A stretch of 64,000 nucleotides of DNA from Vampirovibrio chlorellavorus. Lineage in GTDB: Bacteria > Cyanobacteriota > Vampirovibrionia > Vampirovibrionales > Vampirovibrionaceae. Each line of letters opens with the position of its first letter. Position 1 is the first letter of the stretch. The position numbers and the translations under genes are program-made. The notes below the pieces were generated by a model. The model did not search any database. It saw nothing but the letters and a program-made list of their open reading frames with translations, and had not been told where the DNA came from. Below are positions 1 through 11,183 of the stretch, piece after piece. The stretch is taken from contig NZ_QFWH01000001.1 of NCBI RefSeq assembly GCF_003149375.1, positions 291,593 to 355,592 on the forward strand. Reading direction: 5' to 3'.

Positions 1-673
1 GCAGCGCGTCTCACTGAAAAAAAGGGTATTCAGGGGTTTGATGCAATCTTCTAATCATCATCATTTCAACCTTTCTTCACTGCCTGTTGCAGACTGATCT
101 TAAACTCTGACTCCCCACTGTGAAGGGTGTGTGAATATAGACAGTGTGAATCGATTTTTCCGGTGGAATGCCCGATTCGGAAAGGCTGCTTACACTTCTG
201 TTATACAGTTTTTAGCCATCCCATGCAAATAGTTTAAGCAACTACGTGTTTAGTATGTAAAACTTTCCAGATCCTGTACCAGCGGGGCTTTTGGGGACTT
301 GACACCAAGCGCGGCCATGGTGTGCCAATTTTCACAGTTTGCTTGGGCATTGAGGGGGGTGGTCAGGTCTGCTTTTTGTAACAAACCGGTCTTTTTTGAG
401 GATTTCCGCTTGATCGAACGTGATGCATTTGCTCCACAAAATCCACGAAGGGTAAGCGGATACCCAGGGCTTATCAGGATGCTCAAGCGCTGCTTTTGTG
501 ACCCATAGATGGCCTTGAAAGCCTTGAGCTGTGTGGATATAGACAGGCGGGGAATATTTTTTTTGAGCCTGATGCCGTTTACTGTTAGGGCGTTTATTTT
601 TAGGTCGTACGGTTCTCTCTGGTTCATCGCTGAATGATTACAAAAACAGAATAGAATAGAAGAGGGTTACGCC

Positions 674-1225
674 ATGCTAATTCTACGGAATGTGGCCAGA
701 ACCGGGGCGCTTGCCTTGGGTTTGCTGGCGGTGGTATCGGCTTATGCCGGGGCGGAAGGTTTATCCGGGCAGGTGCGGCAGGATACGGTGTCTTATCCCG
801 GAGCCATCACCAAATCCATGACCATGACCCCGGGGCCGGGCACTTTTAGCGCCGATCACCTGCGCTTTGGACGACAGGTGGCCATTACGCTGTATAATCC
901 CAACCCCTATCCCATGCGCTTTGACACGGTGCAGCGGATTGGGAAGGAATATTCCTGGGTGGTCCCGGCCAATAGTTACCGTACCGTATCCTTTCGGTAC
1001 TACAACCCGGTTAGCGACGAGGTTCGCTTCCTGAGTTATCAGGATCCTGACAGCCTGCTGGTAACGCAGGGCACGGTGACCCAGCGGCCTGCGGCGGTGG
1101 CCGTGGAACCGCCTGCCGTCAAGGTTGAAGAGGCTCAGGAGAATACGCAGATTACGCCTGCCCAGCCTCAAGCCCAGGAGCCCATGAAAACCGAGTCCAA
1201 ATCAGCTGTCAGAGGCTATTGGTAA
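674..1225 (+). CDS. secreted hypothetical protein with an N-terminal signal peptide and a Pro/Gln-rich C-terminus
   Basis: 183-aa ORF. Hydrophobic N-terminus (LALGLLAVVSAYAGA). No family recognised. A terminator hairpin follows. Confidence 0.5.
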   Translation: MLILRNVARTGALALGLLAVVSAYAGAEGLSGQVRQDTVSYPGAITKSMTMTPGPGTFSADHLRFGRQVAITLYNPNPYPMRFDTVQRIGKEYSWVVPANSYRTVSFRYYNPVSDEVRFLSYQDPDSLLVTQGTVTQRPAAVAVEPPAVKVEEAQENTQITPAQPQAQEPMKTESKSAVRGYW

Positions 1226-1242
1226 GGCCTGAACATAAAATT

Positions 1243-1285
1243 ATCCCCCGGAAGCGGTTGCTTTCAGGGGATAGTTTTGTGTGTT
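1243..1285. terminator. putative bidirectional rho-independent terminator between ORF 674..1225 and cydB
   Basis: Stem TATCCCC ... GGGGATA followed by GTTTTGTGTGTT on the plus strand. An AT run sits on the opposite side for the convergent cydB transcript. Confidence 0.65.
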
Positions 1286-1305
1286 CGGGGTGAGTGGGGA
1301 GTCGG

Positions 1306-2346
1306 TTAATAGCTTTTGGCGTCCAGTTTAACCTTGCCCCGAAAGATCCAGTAGATGCTGATGGTGTAGGCCGTGACCATGGGAATGGCCAAAATGGCGA
1401 TGATCAGCATGATGCCCAGCGTTTTTTGAGAGGAGGCCGCGTTGTAGATGGTCAGGCCCCATTCCGGGTGCGGGTTGGAAGGCACCATGTAAGGGAAAAC
1501 CCCCAGCCCAAACAAGGCCATTAATAAGGCAATATTGAGGCAGGAAAAGGCAAAGGCCCGCAAATCCCGGCCATAGTAAATATCCCGGGGAATGGCGGCG
1601 ATGGCCAGCATGTTCAGCAGCGCCAATACGAAAAAGCCGGGCTGATTGCGCACATGCTCGGTCATTTGCGGCACATACAGCAGGGTGGCCATGGTGGTAG
1701 TCACGTAGCAAATGACAAAAAAGGCGATGGTGTTTTTAATCCAGCCCCGGGCCTGGGCTTGCAGCTCACCGTCTGTTTTCATCACCACGTAAATGGAGGC
1801 GTGCATGGCAAACAGGGCCATGGTGGTCAAGCCCACCAGCAAGGCGTAGGGGTTCAGCAGGCTTAAAAAAGTGCCCGAAAACTCGCCTTGGGCGTCCAGT
1901 GGAATGCCCAGGGCGATATTGCCCAAAGCCACCCCGAACAGCAGGGCGCTGGTGGCGCTGCTAATGGAAAAGCTGGCGTCCCAGGCCTGCCGCCACCAGG
2001 ACATGGGCTCTTTACTGCGGAACTCAATGGCCACCGCCCGGAAGATCAGCATGACCAGCAGAATCATAAAGGGCAAATAAAAGCCGGAAAACACCGTGGC
2101 ATACACATCGGGGAAGGCCGCAAACAGGGCGCCCCCGCCGGTGACCAGCCACACTTCATTGCCGTCCCACACCGGGCCGATGGAATTGAGCATGAGCCTG
2201 CGGTGTTCATCGGTTTTGGTCAGCAAGTGCAGGATGCCCACGCCCAGGTCAAAGCCATCCAGCATGGCGTAACCCGTCAGCAACATGCCCACCAGTAAGA
2301 ACCAGATTAAATTCAGATCCAGCGCTTCAAAGAACATTGATATCAC
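1306..2346 (-). CDS. cydB: cytochrome bd ubiquinol oxidase subunit II
   Basis: 346-aa polytopic membrane protein with a CydB-like N-terminus (MLDGFDLGVGIL). Overlaps cydA by 20 nt, the usual cydAB arrangement. Confidence 0.9.
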   Translation of the reverse strand: MISMFFEALDLNLIWFLLVGMLLTGYAMLDGFDLGVGILHLLTKTDEHRRLMLNSIGPVWDGNEVWLVTGGGALFAAFPDVYATVFSGFYLPFMILLVMLIFRAVAIEFRSKEPMSWWRQAWDASFSISSATSALLFGVALGNIALGIPLDAQGEFSGTFLSLLNPYALLVGLTTMALFAMHASIYVVMKTDGELQAQARGWIKNTIAFFVICYVTTTMATLLYVPQMTEHVRNQPGFFVLALLNMLAIAAIPRDIYYGRDLRAFAFSCLNIALLMALFGLGVFPYMVPSNPHPEWGLTIYNAASSQKTLGIMLIIAILAIPMVTAYTISIYWIFRGKVKLDAKSY

Positions 2347-3721
2347 CCTCCCGGCTTTGTGCGGTTAAGCGAGGATCCAGGTGGGTGGAATCATGTTCCA
2401 GAAACACCGGTCCCTTTTTGATTTTTTGATTGAGTAAATAGATGAACAAAATGAACAACAGGGTGTACACGCTTGAAAACAGGATGATAGAGGCCAGAAT
2501 ATCATCGGCCTTGACCACCGGGGAAATGCCCTGCGAGGTTCTGAGCAGTCCATAGACAATCCAGGGTTGGCGGCCAATTTCCGCGGCGGCCCAACCCGCC
2601 TGATTGGCAATCTGGGGCAACATAACGGCAAATACAAAGAGCCACAACACCGGTTTGCAGGTGTACAAGGTACCTTTGAATTTGAGAAACACGCCCAGCA
2701 CGCTGAGACCAATCAGGGTCATGCCAATGGCGATCATCAGGTGATACATCTGGAAGGTGATGTTGACGGGCGGGCGTTCCGTTTTGGGAAACTTGCCCAG
2801 CCCAACCAGCGGCTTCTGGAAGTCGTTGTGGGTCAGGAAGCTGAGTCCGCCCGGAATGGCCAGACCATGCGTTTTTTCCGCTTTTTCATCCACCCAGCCA
2901 AATAAGTACAAATCGGCGGTTTTGTAGGGGTGATAATGCCCTTCCATAGCGGCCAGCTTGGCCGGTTGGTGCTTGGCCACCACCAGGGCCGATTCGTGAC
3001 CGGTTACCAGCTGCAGGAAAGAGGCGATGAGAGCCACGCTCAAGCCAATGTTCATGCCGGCTTTGGCCACTTCCAGATGCTTTTGCTTAATGAGATAAAA
3101 GGCGCTGATACTGAGCAGTAAAAACGCTCCGGCCAGCCAAGCGCCAGTAATAACGTGACTGAGCCGTTCTACGGAGGAGGGGTTGAATACCATGGCCCAA
3201 AAGTCGGTAATTTCCGCCCGCATGGCCCCGTTATGGCTGACCAGATGAAACCCGGCGGGGGTTTGCTGCCAGGAGTTGGCCACTACAATCCATACGGCAC
3301 TAAAGTGGGCGCCCAGACAGACTAAAACAGTGGAGAGAAAGTGCATTTGCTTGCTGACCTTGTTCCAGCCAAACAGCAGCACGGCCAAAAAGCCTGACTC
3401 CAGAAAGAAGGCGAACAGTCCTTCCGCGGCCAGCGCGCTCCCGAAGACATCGCCCACAAACCGGGAATAGTTGGCCCAGTTGGTGCCGAATTGAAATTCC
3501 ATGACGATGCCGGAGGCCACCCCGATTCCGAAAATCAGGGCGAAAATGGACACCCAGAAGTGGGTCATCTGATGATAGACTTCCCGGCCTGTTTTGAGGT
3601 ACAGGCCTTCCATAATGACCAATAGCAGGCCCAGGCCAATGCTAAAGACCGGGAAGATGTAGTGAAAGCTGATGGTTAAGGCAAATTGAACACGGGATAA
3701 CATTACAGGATCCAGAGCCAT
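2327..3721 (-). CDS. cydA: cytochrome bd ubiquinol oxidase subunit I
   Basis: 464-aa membrane protein with a CydA-like N-terminus ([19 protein letters not shown]) and Q-loop region. Sits directly upstream of cydB. Confidence 0.9.
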   Translation of the reverse strand: MALDPVMLSRVQFALTISFHYIFPVFSIGLGLLLVIMEGLYLKTGREVYHQMTHFWVSIFALIFGIGVASGIVMEFQFGTNWANYSRFVGDVFGSALAAEGLFAFFLESGFLAVLLFGWNKVSKQMHFLSTVLVCLGAHFSAVWIVVANSWQQTPAGFHLVSHNGAMRAEITDFWAMVFNPSSVERLSHVITGAWLAGAFLLLSISAFYLIKQKHLEVAKAGMNIGLSVALIASFLQLVTGHESALVVAKHQPAKLAAMEGHYHPYKTADLYLFGWVDEKAEKTHGLAIPGGLSFLTHNDFQKPLVGLGKFPKTERPPVNITFQMYHLMIAIGMTLIGLSVLGVFLKFKGTLYTCKPVLWLFVFAVMLPQIANQAGWAAAEIGRQPWIVYGLLRTSQGISPVVKADDILASIILFSSVYTLLFILFIYLLNQKIKKGPVFLEHDSTHLDPRLTAQSREGDINVL

Positions 3722-3929
3722 GCTGAAGCCCTCCAGGAGTGTTTGCAGGGGGTAAATAAGCAGATGAATTACTACTATGGCTAGAGTGTAGCGCTAAGAT
3801 CCCGGCTGAACATTGCGAATTCTTACACTTTGATCGGCAGGCGAATTGCCCGAGTGGGGGGTAGCCATTCGGGTAGTCTTGCCGGAATTCTTGCTTGCGT
3901 GCTTCCAATGTACGTGATAAATCACTTAT

Positions 3930-4280
3930 ATGTTTGAAGTCATGGTTGAAAAACACTTTGCCGCTGCGCACCATTTGCTCAATTATCGGGGCAAATGCGA
4001 AAATCCTCACGGGCATAACTACGTGGTTCAGGTGTTTGCCCGCAAGGATACCCTGGACAAAGCCAACGTGGCCTTTGATTTCACGGTACTCAAGGCCGAG
4101 CTGAACCAGATTGTCGATGATCTGGATCATCAGGATTTGAATGTGGTATTCAACGGGGAAAGTCCCAGCGCGGAATATATCGCCCGTTACGTGTACCAGC
4201 GCATCCAGAAAAACGTGCCTGAGATCACCAAGGCCGTTGTATTTGAAACCCCCACCCAGTCCGCCTGCTATTTTGAGTAG
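3930..4280 (+). CDS. queD: 6-carboxy-5,6,7,8-tetrahydropterin synthase
   Basis: 116 aa with the CENPHGHNY zinc/catalytic motif typical of QueD/PTPS. Confidence 0.85.
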   Translation: MFEVMVEKHFAAAHHLLNYRGKCENPHGHNYVVQVFARKDTLDKANVAFDFTVLKAELNQIVDDLDHQDLNVVFNGESPSAEYIARYVYQRIQKNVPEITKAVVFETPTQSACYFE

Positions 4281-4484
4281 AGCCCTTTCCGGGACCAGAG
4301 CCATCTTTGGGTCGATGAGCGCCATTCTGACTTTGATTTAAAGGGCGCTTTCAGGGCGCTGTTGGAGTGCGTCCAGTTTAAAAAGCAGTAGTTTCGATGC
4401 GCGAATCAGTCCAGACTGGATGTCAAATCCGGCGGGCAGCAGCCCTGCAGGTTCTGGGTTGACTCAGGGCCGGAGCGTTAGGCT

Positions 4485-4889
4485 CTAGGAGGCTTCCGGC
4501 AGGCTTCTGTTCAGCCATTTTTCCGGGGCCACCACGTTGGCGTGGCTCCAGAAATTTTCCAGCTGGTAAAATTCCCGCTCGTTGCGGTGCATGACGTGAA
4601 TGACCACATCACCGTAGTCGAGTAAGCACCAGCGATAGGTTTTATCCAGTTCCGATCCGATGCGTACCTGTCCGTGTTTTCGAAATGCTTTGTCTATTTC
4701 ATCGGCGATGGTGCGAATTTGCGCGGGGCTGTCGCCTGTGCAAATTACAAAATAGTCTGCCAGATAAGAAACTTTTCCCGTATCCAGTACCAGCGTTTCC
4801 GATGCCTTCTTGGCTTCCGCCAGATTTGCGGCCAGCACGGCCAATTCAAAAGCGCTCATGGTGTTTTGTGGAGTCTGGGTCAAAAGCAT
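4485..4889 (-). CDS. rsfS: ribosome silencing factor RsfS (Iojap)
   Basis: Core LVLDTGKVSYLADYFVICTGDSPAQIRTIADEI matches RsfS. Sits next to yqeK as in many bacteria. The start may be the internal Met at 4859. Confidence 0.8.
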   Translation of the reverse strand: MLLTQTPQNTMSAFELAVLAANLAEAKKASETLVLDTGKVSYLADYFVICTGDSPAQIRTIADEIDKAFRKHGQVRIGSELDKTYRWCLLDYGDVVIHVMHRNEREFYQLENFWSHANVVAPEKWLNRSLPEAS

Positions 4890-4921
4890 TTCTCCTATGC
4901 GTTGCTAAACAGGTTACTAAC

Positions 4922-5554
4922 TCATAATTGCTTTTCCGCACGTAACTTTAACACAAAGTCATTGCGGGCCTCGATGGTTCGGGGATGAATGGCCTGATGC
5001 TTCTCAATGAGAAACTGGATGGTGGAATCCAGGATATATAACATGGTGAAGTCCAGGCTATAGGGGTTTCTGAAGTCCAGCGAGGATGTCACTTTCTGGA
5101 CGTACAGGGGATTGCGGGTGTTCCCCTCGATTTTATCGGCAATATAAACGATTTTCTCCACCCGGCTCATGCCAGCCCGACCGGTGGTATGGAATCGTAT
5201 GGCGTCTAAAATTTCCGGCTCCTGTAAATCCAGGGCCTCACGCACCATTTCGGCACCCACAAAGGGGTGTAAGGTTTGCGGGGTCTTGCGATCCATCTCG
5301 TCCAGCGGGATCTGATGCTGTTGGCAGTAGGCGAGCAGTTCGCTGGCCGGCATCAGTTTGGCGGCATCGTGCAACAGACCTGCCAGGATGGCCTGATCCT
5401 TCTCAAGGGAGGGAAGATTAAACTTCTCGGCCAGCTCAGCTGCCTTATCCATGGCGCCTAAAGAATGCTCAAAGCGCTCAGCGGTCAACTGCTGACTTAA
5501 CCAAGCCTTGGCCTGTTCCAAATCAAGCACGGTAGAAGTTTGAATCAAGGGCAT
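4922..5554 (-). CDS. yqeK: HD-domain bis(5'-nucleosyl)-tetraphosphatase, YqeK family
   Basis: HD motif (LLHDAAK) and YqeK-like length (210 aa). Conserved yqeK-rsfS pairing. Confidence 0.75.
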   Translation of the reverse strand: MPLIQTSTVLDLEQAKAWLSQQLTAERFEHSLGAMDKAAELAEKFNLPSLEKDQAILAGLLHDAAKLMPASELLAYCQQHQIPLDEMDRKTPQTLHPFVGAEMVREALDLQEPEILDAIRFHTTGRAGMSRVEKIVYIADKIEGNTRNPLYVQKVTSSLDFRNPYSLDFTMLYILDSTIQFLIEKHQAIHPRTIEARNDFVLKLRAEKQL

Positions 5555-5664
5555 CCTTTTATAGGGTTAGACACTTTCACTTTTGTATTATAACTGTTCC
5601 ATCAAAGAAGCGCCATCCTCCAGATGGTTAAATCCGGTCTGCGCAGGTCATTGAGCCCTCTCAT

Positions 5665-6495
5665 CTATCGGGTGGCGAACGGTTGCAAGGGCTCCCCGTT
5701 ATGGGAGAACACTTCGTTAATCCGTTCTACCTTCCGGCAAACCCCGGTTTTCACTTCAATCGTAAATTTCACGGCGTTTACTTGCAGGATGTCGTCCGGG
5801 CCTACGTCCAGGCGAGTGGGTAAATGGGACTTTAGCCGTTGCAGAGAGCCGCTGGCCTCCATCCCAATCACGCTGTTGTAGGAGCCGTTAAAGCCGGTGT
5901 CTGTAATGTAACCCATGCGGTTGTTCAGGATTTTGGAATCGGCGGTTTGCACGTGGGTATGGGTTCCGGTCATGGCGCTAACGCCCAGTGAGGAGGCGTG
6001 CCAGGCCATGGCGATTTTTTCGGCGGTGGCTTCGGCGTGGAAATCCAGGAAGATGATGGGGGTGACGGCCAGCATGTCGTACACCAGCTCTTCAAACTGC
6101 TCCCAAGGGGAGTTGTAGTTGCCCATAAACACCTGACCAATCAGGTTGATGACGCCCACTTCGCAGCCCGCCACTTCAAAAATCCGGGCCCCACGTCCGG
6201 GAGAAGCCGCCGGGAAGTTGTAAGGCCGCAGCAGATTGACTTCATCAATGAAGTTAAAAACCTCTTTTTGATCCCAAATGTGGTTGCCGCTGGTAAAAAT
6301 GTCTACGCCCGCCTCGCGCATTTCATCGTAGTGTTTGCGAATCATGCCGAAGCCGTGGGAGATGTTTTCGCCATTGGCGATCACCACGTCCGGGCGTTCG
6401 CTCAGGCTGTCCAAGTAGGCTTTGACGGCAGTTCGGCCTGGTTTCCCGACGAGATCGCCGAAAAACAGGAGTTCAATATGTGTTTTGGAATCCAT
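5665..6495 (-). CDS. YmdB-like metallophosphoesterase (TIGR00282 family)
   Basis: N-terminal LFFGDLVGKPGR and GNH metallophosphoesterase motifs. 276 aa. Confidence 0.75.
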   Translation of the reverse strand: MDSKTHIELLFFGDLVGKPGRTAVKAYLDSLSERPDVVIANGENISHGFGMIRKHYDEMREAGVDIFTSGNHIWDQKEVFNFIDEVNLLRPYNFPAASPGRGARIFEVAGCEVGVINLIGQVFMGNYNSPWEQFEELVYDMLAVTPIIFLDFHAEATAEKIAMAWHASSLGVSAMTGTHTHVQTADSKILNNRMGYITDTGFNGSYNSVIGMEASGSLQRLKSHLPTRLDVGPDDILQVNAVKFTIEVKTGVCRKVERINEVFSHNGEPLQPFATR

Positions 6496-6658
6496 AACGC
6501 TTTGAGGGCCTTAAAAAGGGGCTGTGGGGCAGAGGGAATTAAACTTGTGAAAAAATAATTTTAATCTTAACCCAAGTGAGCGGGGGTCACAAGTGAGCCG
6601 CTTGGGACATGCCTCCGGCTTACTTGAAGCGGGTGTTTTTCCGGTGAAAAGAAGTGCT

Positions 6659-6691
6659 TAAAAAGGCAGTCTGCCTTGGGGGCAGACTGCG
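6659..6691 (-). terminator. rho-independent terminator downstream of recA
   Basis: On the minus strand, a 10-bp stem GGCAGTCTGCC/GGCAGACTGC is followed by TTTTT (plus strand: aaaaaggcagtctgccttgggggcagactgc). Confidence 0.7.
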
Positions 6692-6757
6692 GATAGGGAG
6701 ACAGGATAGCGTGTGGTGATAGTAGAGCAACAGTTTTATGGAACCGGGAAGTCAGCG

Positions 6758-7870
6758 TTAGTTGTCTCCGGCGTCCACACTGGCAGCTGTGGCGACGCCG
6801 CCAGCTTGATTGGCCAGTGCGGCCGTGCGCAGTGCGGCGATTTTAGCCCGCACTTCCCCGTCAATTTTTTTCATCACTTCCGGGTTGTCTTTCAGGAAGT
6901 CACGGGCCTTTTCACGGCCTTGCCCGATTTTTTCATCGTTGTAGCTGTACCAGGTACCGGCCTTTTTGACGATGTCCATATCGGTGGCCACATCCAGCAC
7001 GCAGCCTTCCGAGGAAATGCCCTGGCCGAACAGAATGTCAAATTCGCACACCCGGAACGGCGGAGCCACTTTGTTTTTGACCACCCGAACCTTGACCCGG
7101 TTGCCGTATTCTTCCCCGTCTTTTTTCAGGGTTTCTACCCGGCGAATGTCTAAACGCACACTGGCGTAGAATTTGAGGGCGTTCCCCCCGGTGGTGGTTT
7201 CCGGGTTGCCGTACATAACCCCGATTTTTTGGCGCAACTGGTTAATAAAGACCACCGTGGTGCGGGTTTTTCCCACGATGGCAGTCAGTTTCCGCAGGGC
7301 TTGAGACATTAAACGGGCCTGCAAACCCACGTGGGAATCGCCCATTTCGCCTTCGATTTCCGCCTTGGGTACCAGAGCGGCCACGGAGTCAATGACTACA
7401 ATGTCCACCGCGCCGGAGCGCACCAGTTGTTCGGTGATTTCAAGGGCCTGTTCCCCGGTGTCGGGTTGGCTCACCAGCAGTTCATCGATTTTTACCCCGA
7501 TTTTAGCGGCGTATTCGGGATCCAGGGCATGCTCGGCATCCACGAAAGCGGCAATACCCCCGTTTCTCTGTGCTTCGGCAATGACGCTCAAGGTCAAGGT
7601 GGTTTTCCCACTGGATTCCGGGCCGTAAATCTCTACCACACGGCCCCGGGGTAATCCGCCAACGCCCAGGTTCAAGTCTAACGCCAAGGCTCCGGTGGGA
7701 ATGGCATCGAGCCCCACCACCTGACGGTCACCCAGTTTCATGATGGCCCCTTTGCCAAAATCTTTCTCGATCTTGTCCAGGGTGTAGCTCAGGACCTTCC
7801 GGCGTTCCTCAAGGGAAGCATCTTCCAGATTGGCGCTGGTTTTGGCGGATTCTTTGTCTTTAACGGCCAT
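6758..7870 (-). CDS. recA: recombinase RecA
   Basis: Walker [11 protein letters not shown]1/L2 regions and a 370-aa length leave no doubt. Confidence 0.95.
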   Translation of the reverse strand: MAVKDKESAKTSANLEDASLEERRKVLSYTLDKIEKDFGKGAIMKLGDRQVVGLDAIPTGALALDLNLGVGGLPRGRVVEIYGPESSGKTTLTLSVIAEAQRNGGIAAFVDAEHALDPEYAAKIGVKIDELLVSQPDTGEQALEITEQLVRSGAVDIVVIDSVAALVPKAEIEGEMGDSHVGLQARLMSQALRKLTAIVGKTRTTVVFINQLRQKIGVMYGNPETTTGGNALKFYASVRLDIRRVETLKKDGEEYGNRVKVRVVKNKVAPPFRVCEFDILFGQGISSEGCVLDVATDMDIVKKAGTWYSYNDEKIGQGREKARDFLKDNPEVMKKIDGEVRAKIAALRTAALANQAGGVATAASVDAGDN

Positions 7871-8170
7871 ACGGGTTTCCTTTTCAATCGGGTTGGGAAT
7901 CGATAAATCAAATGCTGGGGCGGGCTTTGGACTGCCCTGTCTGTGCTTCGCCTGCTCTCAACGGAACACTCTCTCGCAGAACATCATGGTACGAAATTGC
8001 GGTCTTGCTGCCTATGCCATTGCAGGCAAACGTTACACACGGCTATTTCGTTTTTTGCACAAAAATAGTATACCTCGAAACTTTGTTCTATGGAAATTAT
8101 TTTCGATAAATTGGCGATAAGGGGCCAAAAGGCTGCGATTCCATAACTACAGACTTTTGGGAGGCGGGCG

Positions 8171-8941
8171 TTACTCGCCGCTGATGAGCCCACCCAGGAG
8201 ATTGCCTCCCAGACCGCCCAGGCCTTTGCTTTGCTCGCTGTTACCCGTCACAGCAGCTGATAAGATGCGGTTGGCCAGTCGGCTGAAGGGCAGAACTTGC
8301 AACCACACCTTGCCCGGGCCTTTTAGATGGGCAAAAAACAGCCCTTCACCCCCAAACAGCATATTTTTCACGCCTTTGGCTAGTTGAATGTCATAGGAAA
8401 CATTCTCGGTCATGGCCACCAGACACCCGGTATCCACCCGCAGGCTTTGCCCGGCGGCTAGCTCAAACGGAATGATTCCGCCCCCCGAGTGAATATAGGC
8501 CTGCCCTCGTCCGCTTAGCTTCTGCAAAATAAAGCCTTCGCCCCCAAAAAAGCCAGCGCCCAGCTTGCGGGTAAAGGCAATGCTCACATCCACTTCCGTG
8601 TCCGAGCAAAGGTAGGAATCCCGCTGGCAGAGCAGGGTGCCAGTTTCCGCCAAATGGATTGGCATGATTTTACCTGGATAAGGCGCGGCAAAGGCCACTT
8701 GCCCGGCCTGTCCCTGTGCGGTGAAGGTGGTGATGAAAAAACTGTCCCCGGAAACCGCCCGTTTCAGGCCCGACATCAGGGCGCCCACCATGCCGCCCTC
8801 CTTGTTGGTGCCAACTTGGGTGTTCATCTCAATGCTGTCGCTCATGTACAGCATGGCGCCCGCTTCGGCCCGTACTGTTTCGCCCGGGGCCAGTGAGAGG
8901 GCCACTGCCTGAATGTCGTCTCCGATGATTTGATGTTGCAT
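8171..8941 (-). CDS. AIM24 family protein (TIGR00266/DUF124)
   Basis: 256 aa with Gly-rich beta-repeat signatures of the AIM24 family. Confidence 0.65.
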   Translation of the reverse strand: MQHQIIGDDIQAVALSLAPGETVRAEAGAMLYMSDSIEMNTQVGTNKEGGMVGALMSGLKRAVSGDSFFITTFTAQGQAGQVAFAAPYPGKIMPIHLAETGTLLCQRDSYLCSDTEVDVSIAFTRKLGAGFFGGEGFILQKLSGRGQAYIHSGGGIIPFELAAGQSLRVDTGCLVAMTENVSYDIQLAKGVKNMLFGGEGLFFAHLKGPGKVWLQVLPFSRLANRILSAAVTGNSEQSKGLGGLGGNLLGGLISGE

Positions 8942-8967
8942 GGGGATAAACGCTCCTGGGGATGCTG

Positions 8968-11115
8968 CTAATGATGACTGGTAATGCCTTGGGTGATTTC
9001 TATTTGCCAGTTTTCGCCGGGCTGCAGGCTGAATTTCCAGTTGGGGAAAATGGCGCTGGACTGATAGACCTTTTCAAAACCCGTTTCCGACTGGGACACG
9101 GTTTCGATGGGGAAGCGCCACACGCTACCCAGCCGGTTCCAGATTAAATGGTAATCGACATCCAGCCATTCATCCCGCAGGCCGATGCCGTACACTTCCT
9201 TGAGGGCTTCCTTGGCAATCAGTTTCTTGCTGCGCAGTTTTGTTTTGTGGTCAACCGTTTCCAGAACGGCTACTTTGCTGGCCTGGGTGATGCCTTGAGC
9301 GGGCTTGGGAGAGGATTGCGGCAGGTAGTAGTAGCGATCGGGGGCATCGCCAGCCAGCAGGTTCACGTTAAACTCCACGGCAAACCACAGGGCTGCCTGC
9401 TGTGGCGATTGATTGGTCAGGGTGTAGCGAATGACCGTCTGGGCCTGAGTGGGGTCCGATACGATCAATTGTTTCTCCACCCGGATGGCGGTGGGTTGAT
9501 CGTGAATCCAGACCGTACCTTCCCGGCTGAGGGTGACGGTGTGTCCGTCAATATGGCTTTGGTAGCGGCCCGTGACAAAATCCCCCTGCTCCGGGTAAGT
9601 GGATTGCGCCACCGAATCCAGGGTCGTGCCTTCCCCCCAGAAGTGATCCAGCAAGCTGACCCGACGGTGCCAATCGTAATGGAGATGTTGCTCCAACCGG
9701 CTCCCGGAGCCGCTGGCGTTCTCCTTCAGTTGGTCGTGGTAGGGTTCATAGCGCCTGGCCAAGGTGTCCAACAGGTTAAAGTTCTTGAGCCGATAGTCCA
9801 GTTCAAACAGGCTGCCCCCTTCGTGCGGGTGTAAATACAGATTTTGGGCGGTGCTTTCTATCAAAATTTCCGGTTGGCCGTCGCAATTCAGGTCTCGTGT
9901 TTCGATGTGGGTAAAGCGGGGGCCGTGTTGAGCGGTGTCTACAATGTTTTCCGCCTTGATTAAATGCTGATAGTTGGCCGTGCGCAGGTTGGTGAGGTAC
10001 AGGCCCCCAAAAACCCCGTGCCAGAAAATATCGTTGGATTGCCCTTTCCAAAGCTCATCCAGCGCTTCCTGATGGTGAATGCCCTTTTCCTGCGCTAGAC
10101 GATGGATTTTTTCGCTGACATATAGCATTTTTTTGTGGATATTATTGGCCTCCGGGTATTTCACCAGAAAATTCCGCCAGAATCCGGCCTGAAAAAAGCG
10201 CTGTTGCTCCGGAGGAGCGGACTTCAATGCCTGCTGGTAAGCGTTCCACTGTTTGGCGGGCAAGGCCCACTCCATCATTTCACTGTAGCTGGCCGTAGGC
10301 AGGTAAACGCGCCCCAAGGGTGGGGTTTGGGCTACATACTGCGAAGGGGTAATGGGTTTGATCCAGTCCTGATTGGCGCTGAGCGCCTTAAAAAATCGAT
10401 CCAGCCATTTTTCCTTAAAAACCAGCCGATGAGAGCCGGGCCAGACCCCGAATTTTTCGCCGTCATCAAAGTAAATGGCCGCCTTTTGCCCATCTGCACT
10501 GGCCACGCTGCCCAGATAATCAATGATGGCTTGGGGGGAGGCGTAAGGAATCTGGTAGCGCAGGGTTTTGTCCACCGGGAAAATATCCACGGTCTTGCCC
10601 TGCTCTTCGCTGGTGTAACGCCCGTAAAGGGCCTGTTCTTCCAGCCCTGCCGCCTTGAAGTGGCTATCATCCAGAAACAGGTAGCGAATACCGGCTTGGG
10701 CAATGGGCTGAACCAGGTGCGGTTCCCATACTCGCTCTGCCAGCCAGAGTCCGTCAGGCCGTTGCCCGGTCAGGGCCTCGACCCGGTCGGTCAGTTTCTC
10801 GATTTGGCCCTGTTTGTCCCGGTCTGGAATGATGGCCAGCACCGGTTCGTAATAGGCTCCGCCGATCATTTCCACCTGTCCCCGCTGGATCAGGCATCGC
10901 AGTTGATCGATGAGGCCGGGGTGCCGATCAAACAGCCAGTCCAGCAAGTACCCGGTGTAGTGAATGCTCATGCCCACATTGGGATAAGCCTCCAACACGT
11001 CCAGAAAAGGTTGATAGCATTTGCGAAAGGCTTCTTCCACCACATGATCCCAGTTGTCCACTGGTTGGTGGTTATGAACGCCTAAAATCAGGTTGATTGA
11101 ATTGCCCATTACCAA
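8968..11115 (-). CDS. glycoside hydrolase family 57 protein (alpha-amylase/4-alpha-glucanotransferase-like)
   Basis: GH57 N-terminal catalytic region (LGVHNHQPVDNW ... SIHYTGYLLDWL). 715 aa. Adjacent to a second GH57 gene. Confidence 0.75.
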   Translation of the reverse strand: MVMGNSINLILGVHNHQPVDNWDHVVEEAFRKCYQPFLDVLEAYPNVGMSIHYTGYLLDWLFDRHPGLIDQLRCLIQRGQVEMIGGAYYEPVLAIIPDRDKQGQIEKLTDRVEALTGQRPDGLWLAERVWEPHLVQPIAQAGIRYLFLDDSHFKAAGLEEQALYGRYTSEEQGKTVDIFPVDKTLRYQIPYASPQAIIDYLGSVASADGQKAAIYFDDGEKFGVWPGSHRLVFKEKWLDRFFKALSANQDWIKPITPSQYVAQTPPLGRVYLPTASYSEMMEWALPAKQWNAYQQALKSAPPEQQRFFQAGFWRNFLVKYPEANNIHKKMLYVSEKIHRLAQEKGIHHQEALDELWKGQSNDIFWHGVFGGLYLTNLRTANYQHLIKAENIVDTAQHGPRFTHIETRDLNCDGQPEILIESTAQNLYLHPHEGGSLFELDYRLKNFNLLDTLARRYEPYHDQLKENASGSGSRLEQHLHYDWHRRVSLLDHFWGEGTTLDSVAQSTYPEQGDFVTGRYQSHIDGHTVTLSREGTVWIHDQPTAIRVEKQLIVSDPTQAQTVIRYTLTNQSPQQAALWFAVEFNVNLLAGDAPDRYYYLPQSSPKPAQGITQASKVAVLETVDHKTKLRSKKLIAKEALKEVYGIGLRDEWLDVDYHLIWNRLGSVWRFPIETVSQSETGFEKVYQSSAIFPNWKFSLQPGENWQIEITQGITSHH

Positions 11116-11183
11116 TTCCCCTCCGGTTGAAGCGTCGTTCCCCGTTGAGAAACAGTGTGCCAGAAACGGGTATGTTCCTGAGA

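Noticed and set aside
250-627. Minus-strand 125-aa ORF with Lys/Arg-rich C-terminus faintly reminiscent of a TnpB/OrfB tail (…NAQANCEN…)
   Set aside because: No CxxC zinc-finger pairs, no RuvC motifs and no flanking inverted repeats. It is most likely a spurious or orphan ORF in a promoter-rich region, and I could not support a mobile-element call.
7871-8170. Possible LexA/SOS box upstream of recA (TAGTATACCTCGAAACTTTGTTCTA)
   Set aside because: Half-sites resemble AGTAC/GTTCT. Spacing (14 nt) and sequence do not fit the cyanobacterial RGTAC-N3-DGTWCB or Cheo-box consensus. There is no true palindrome.
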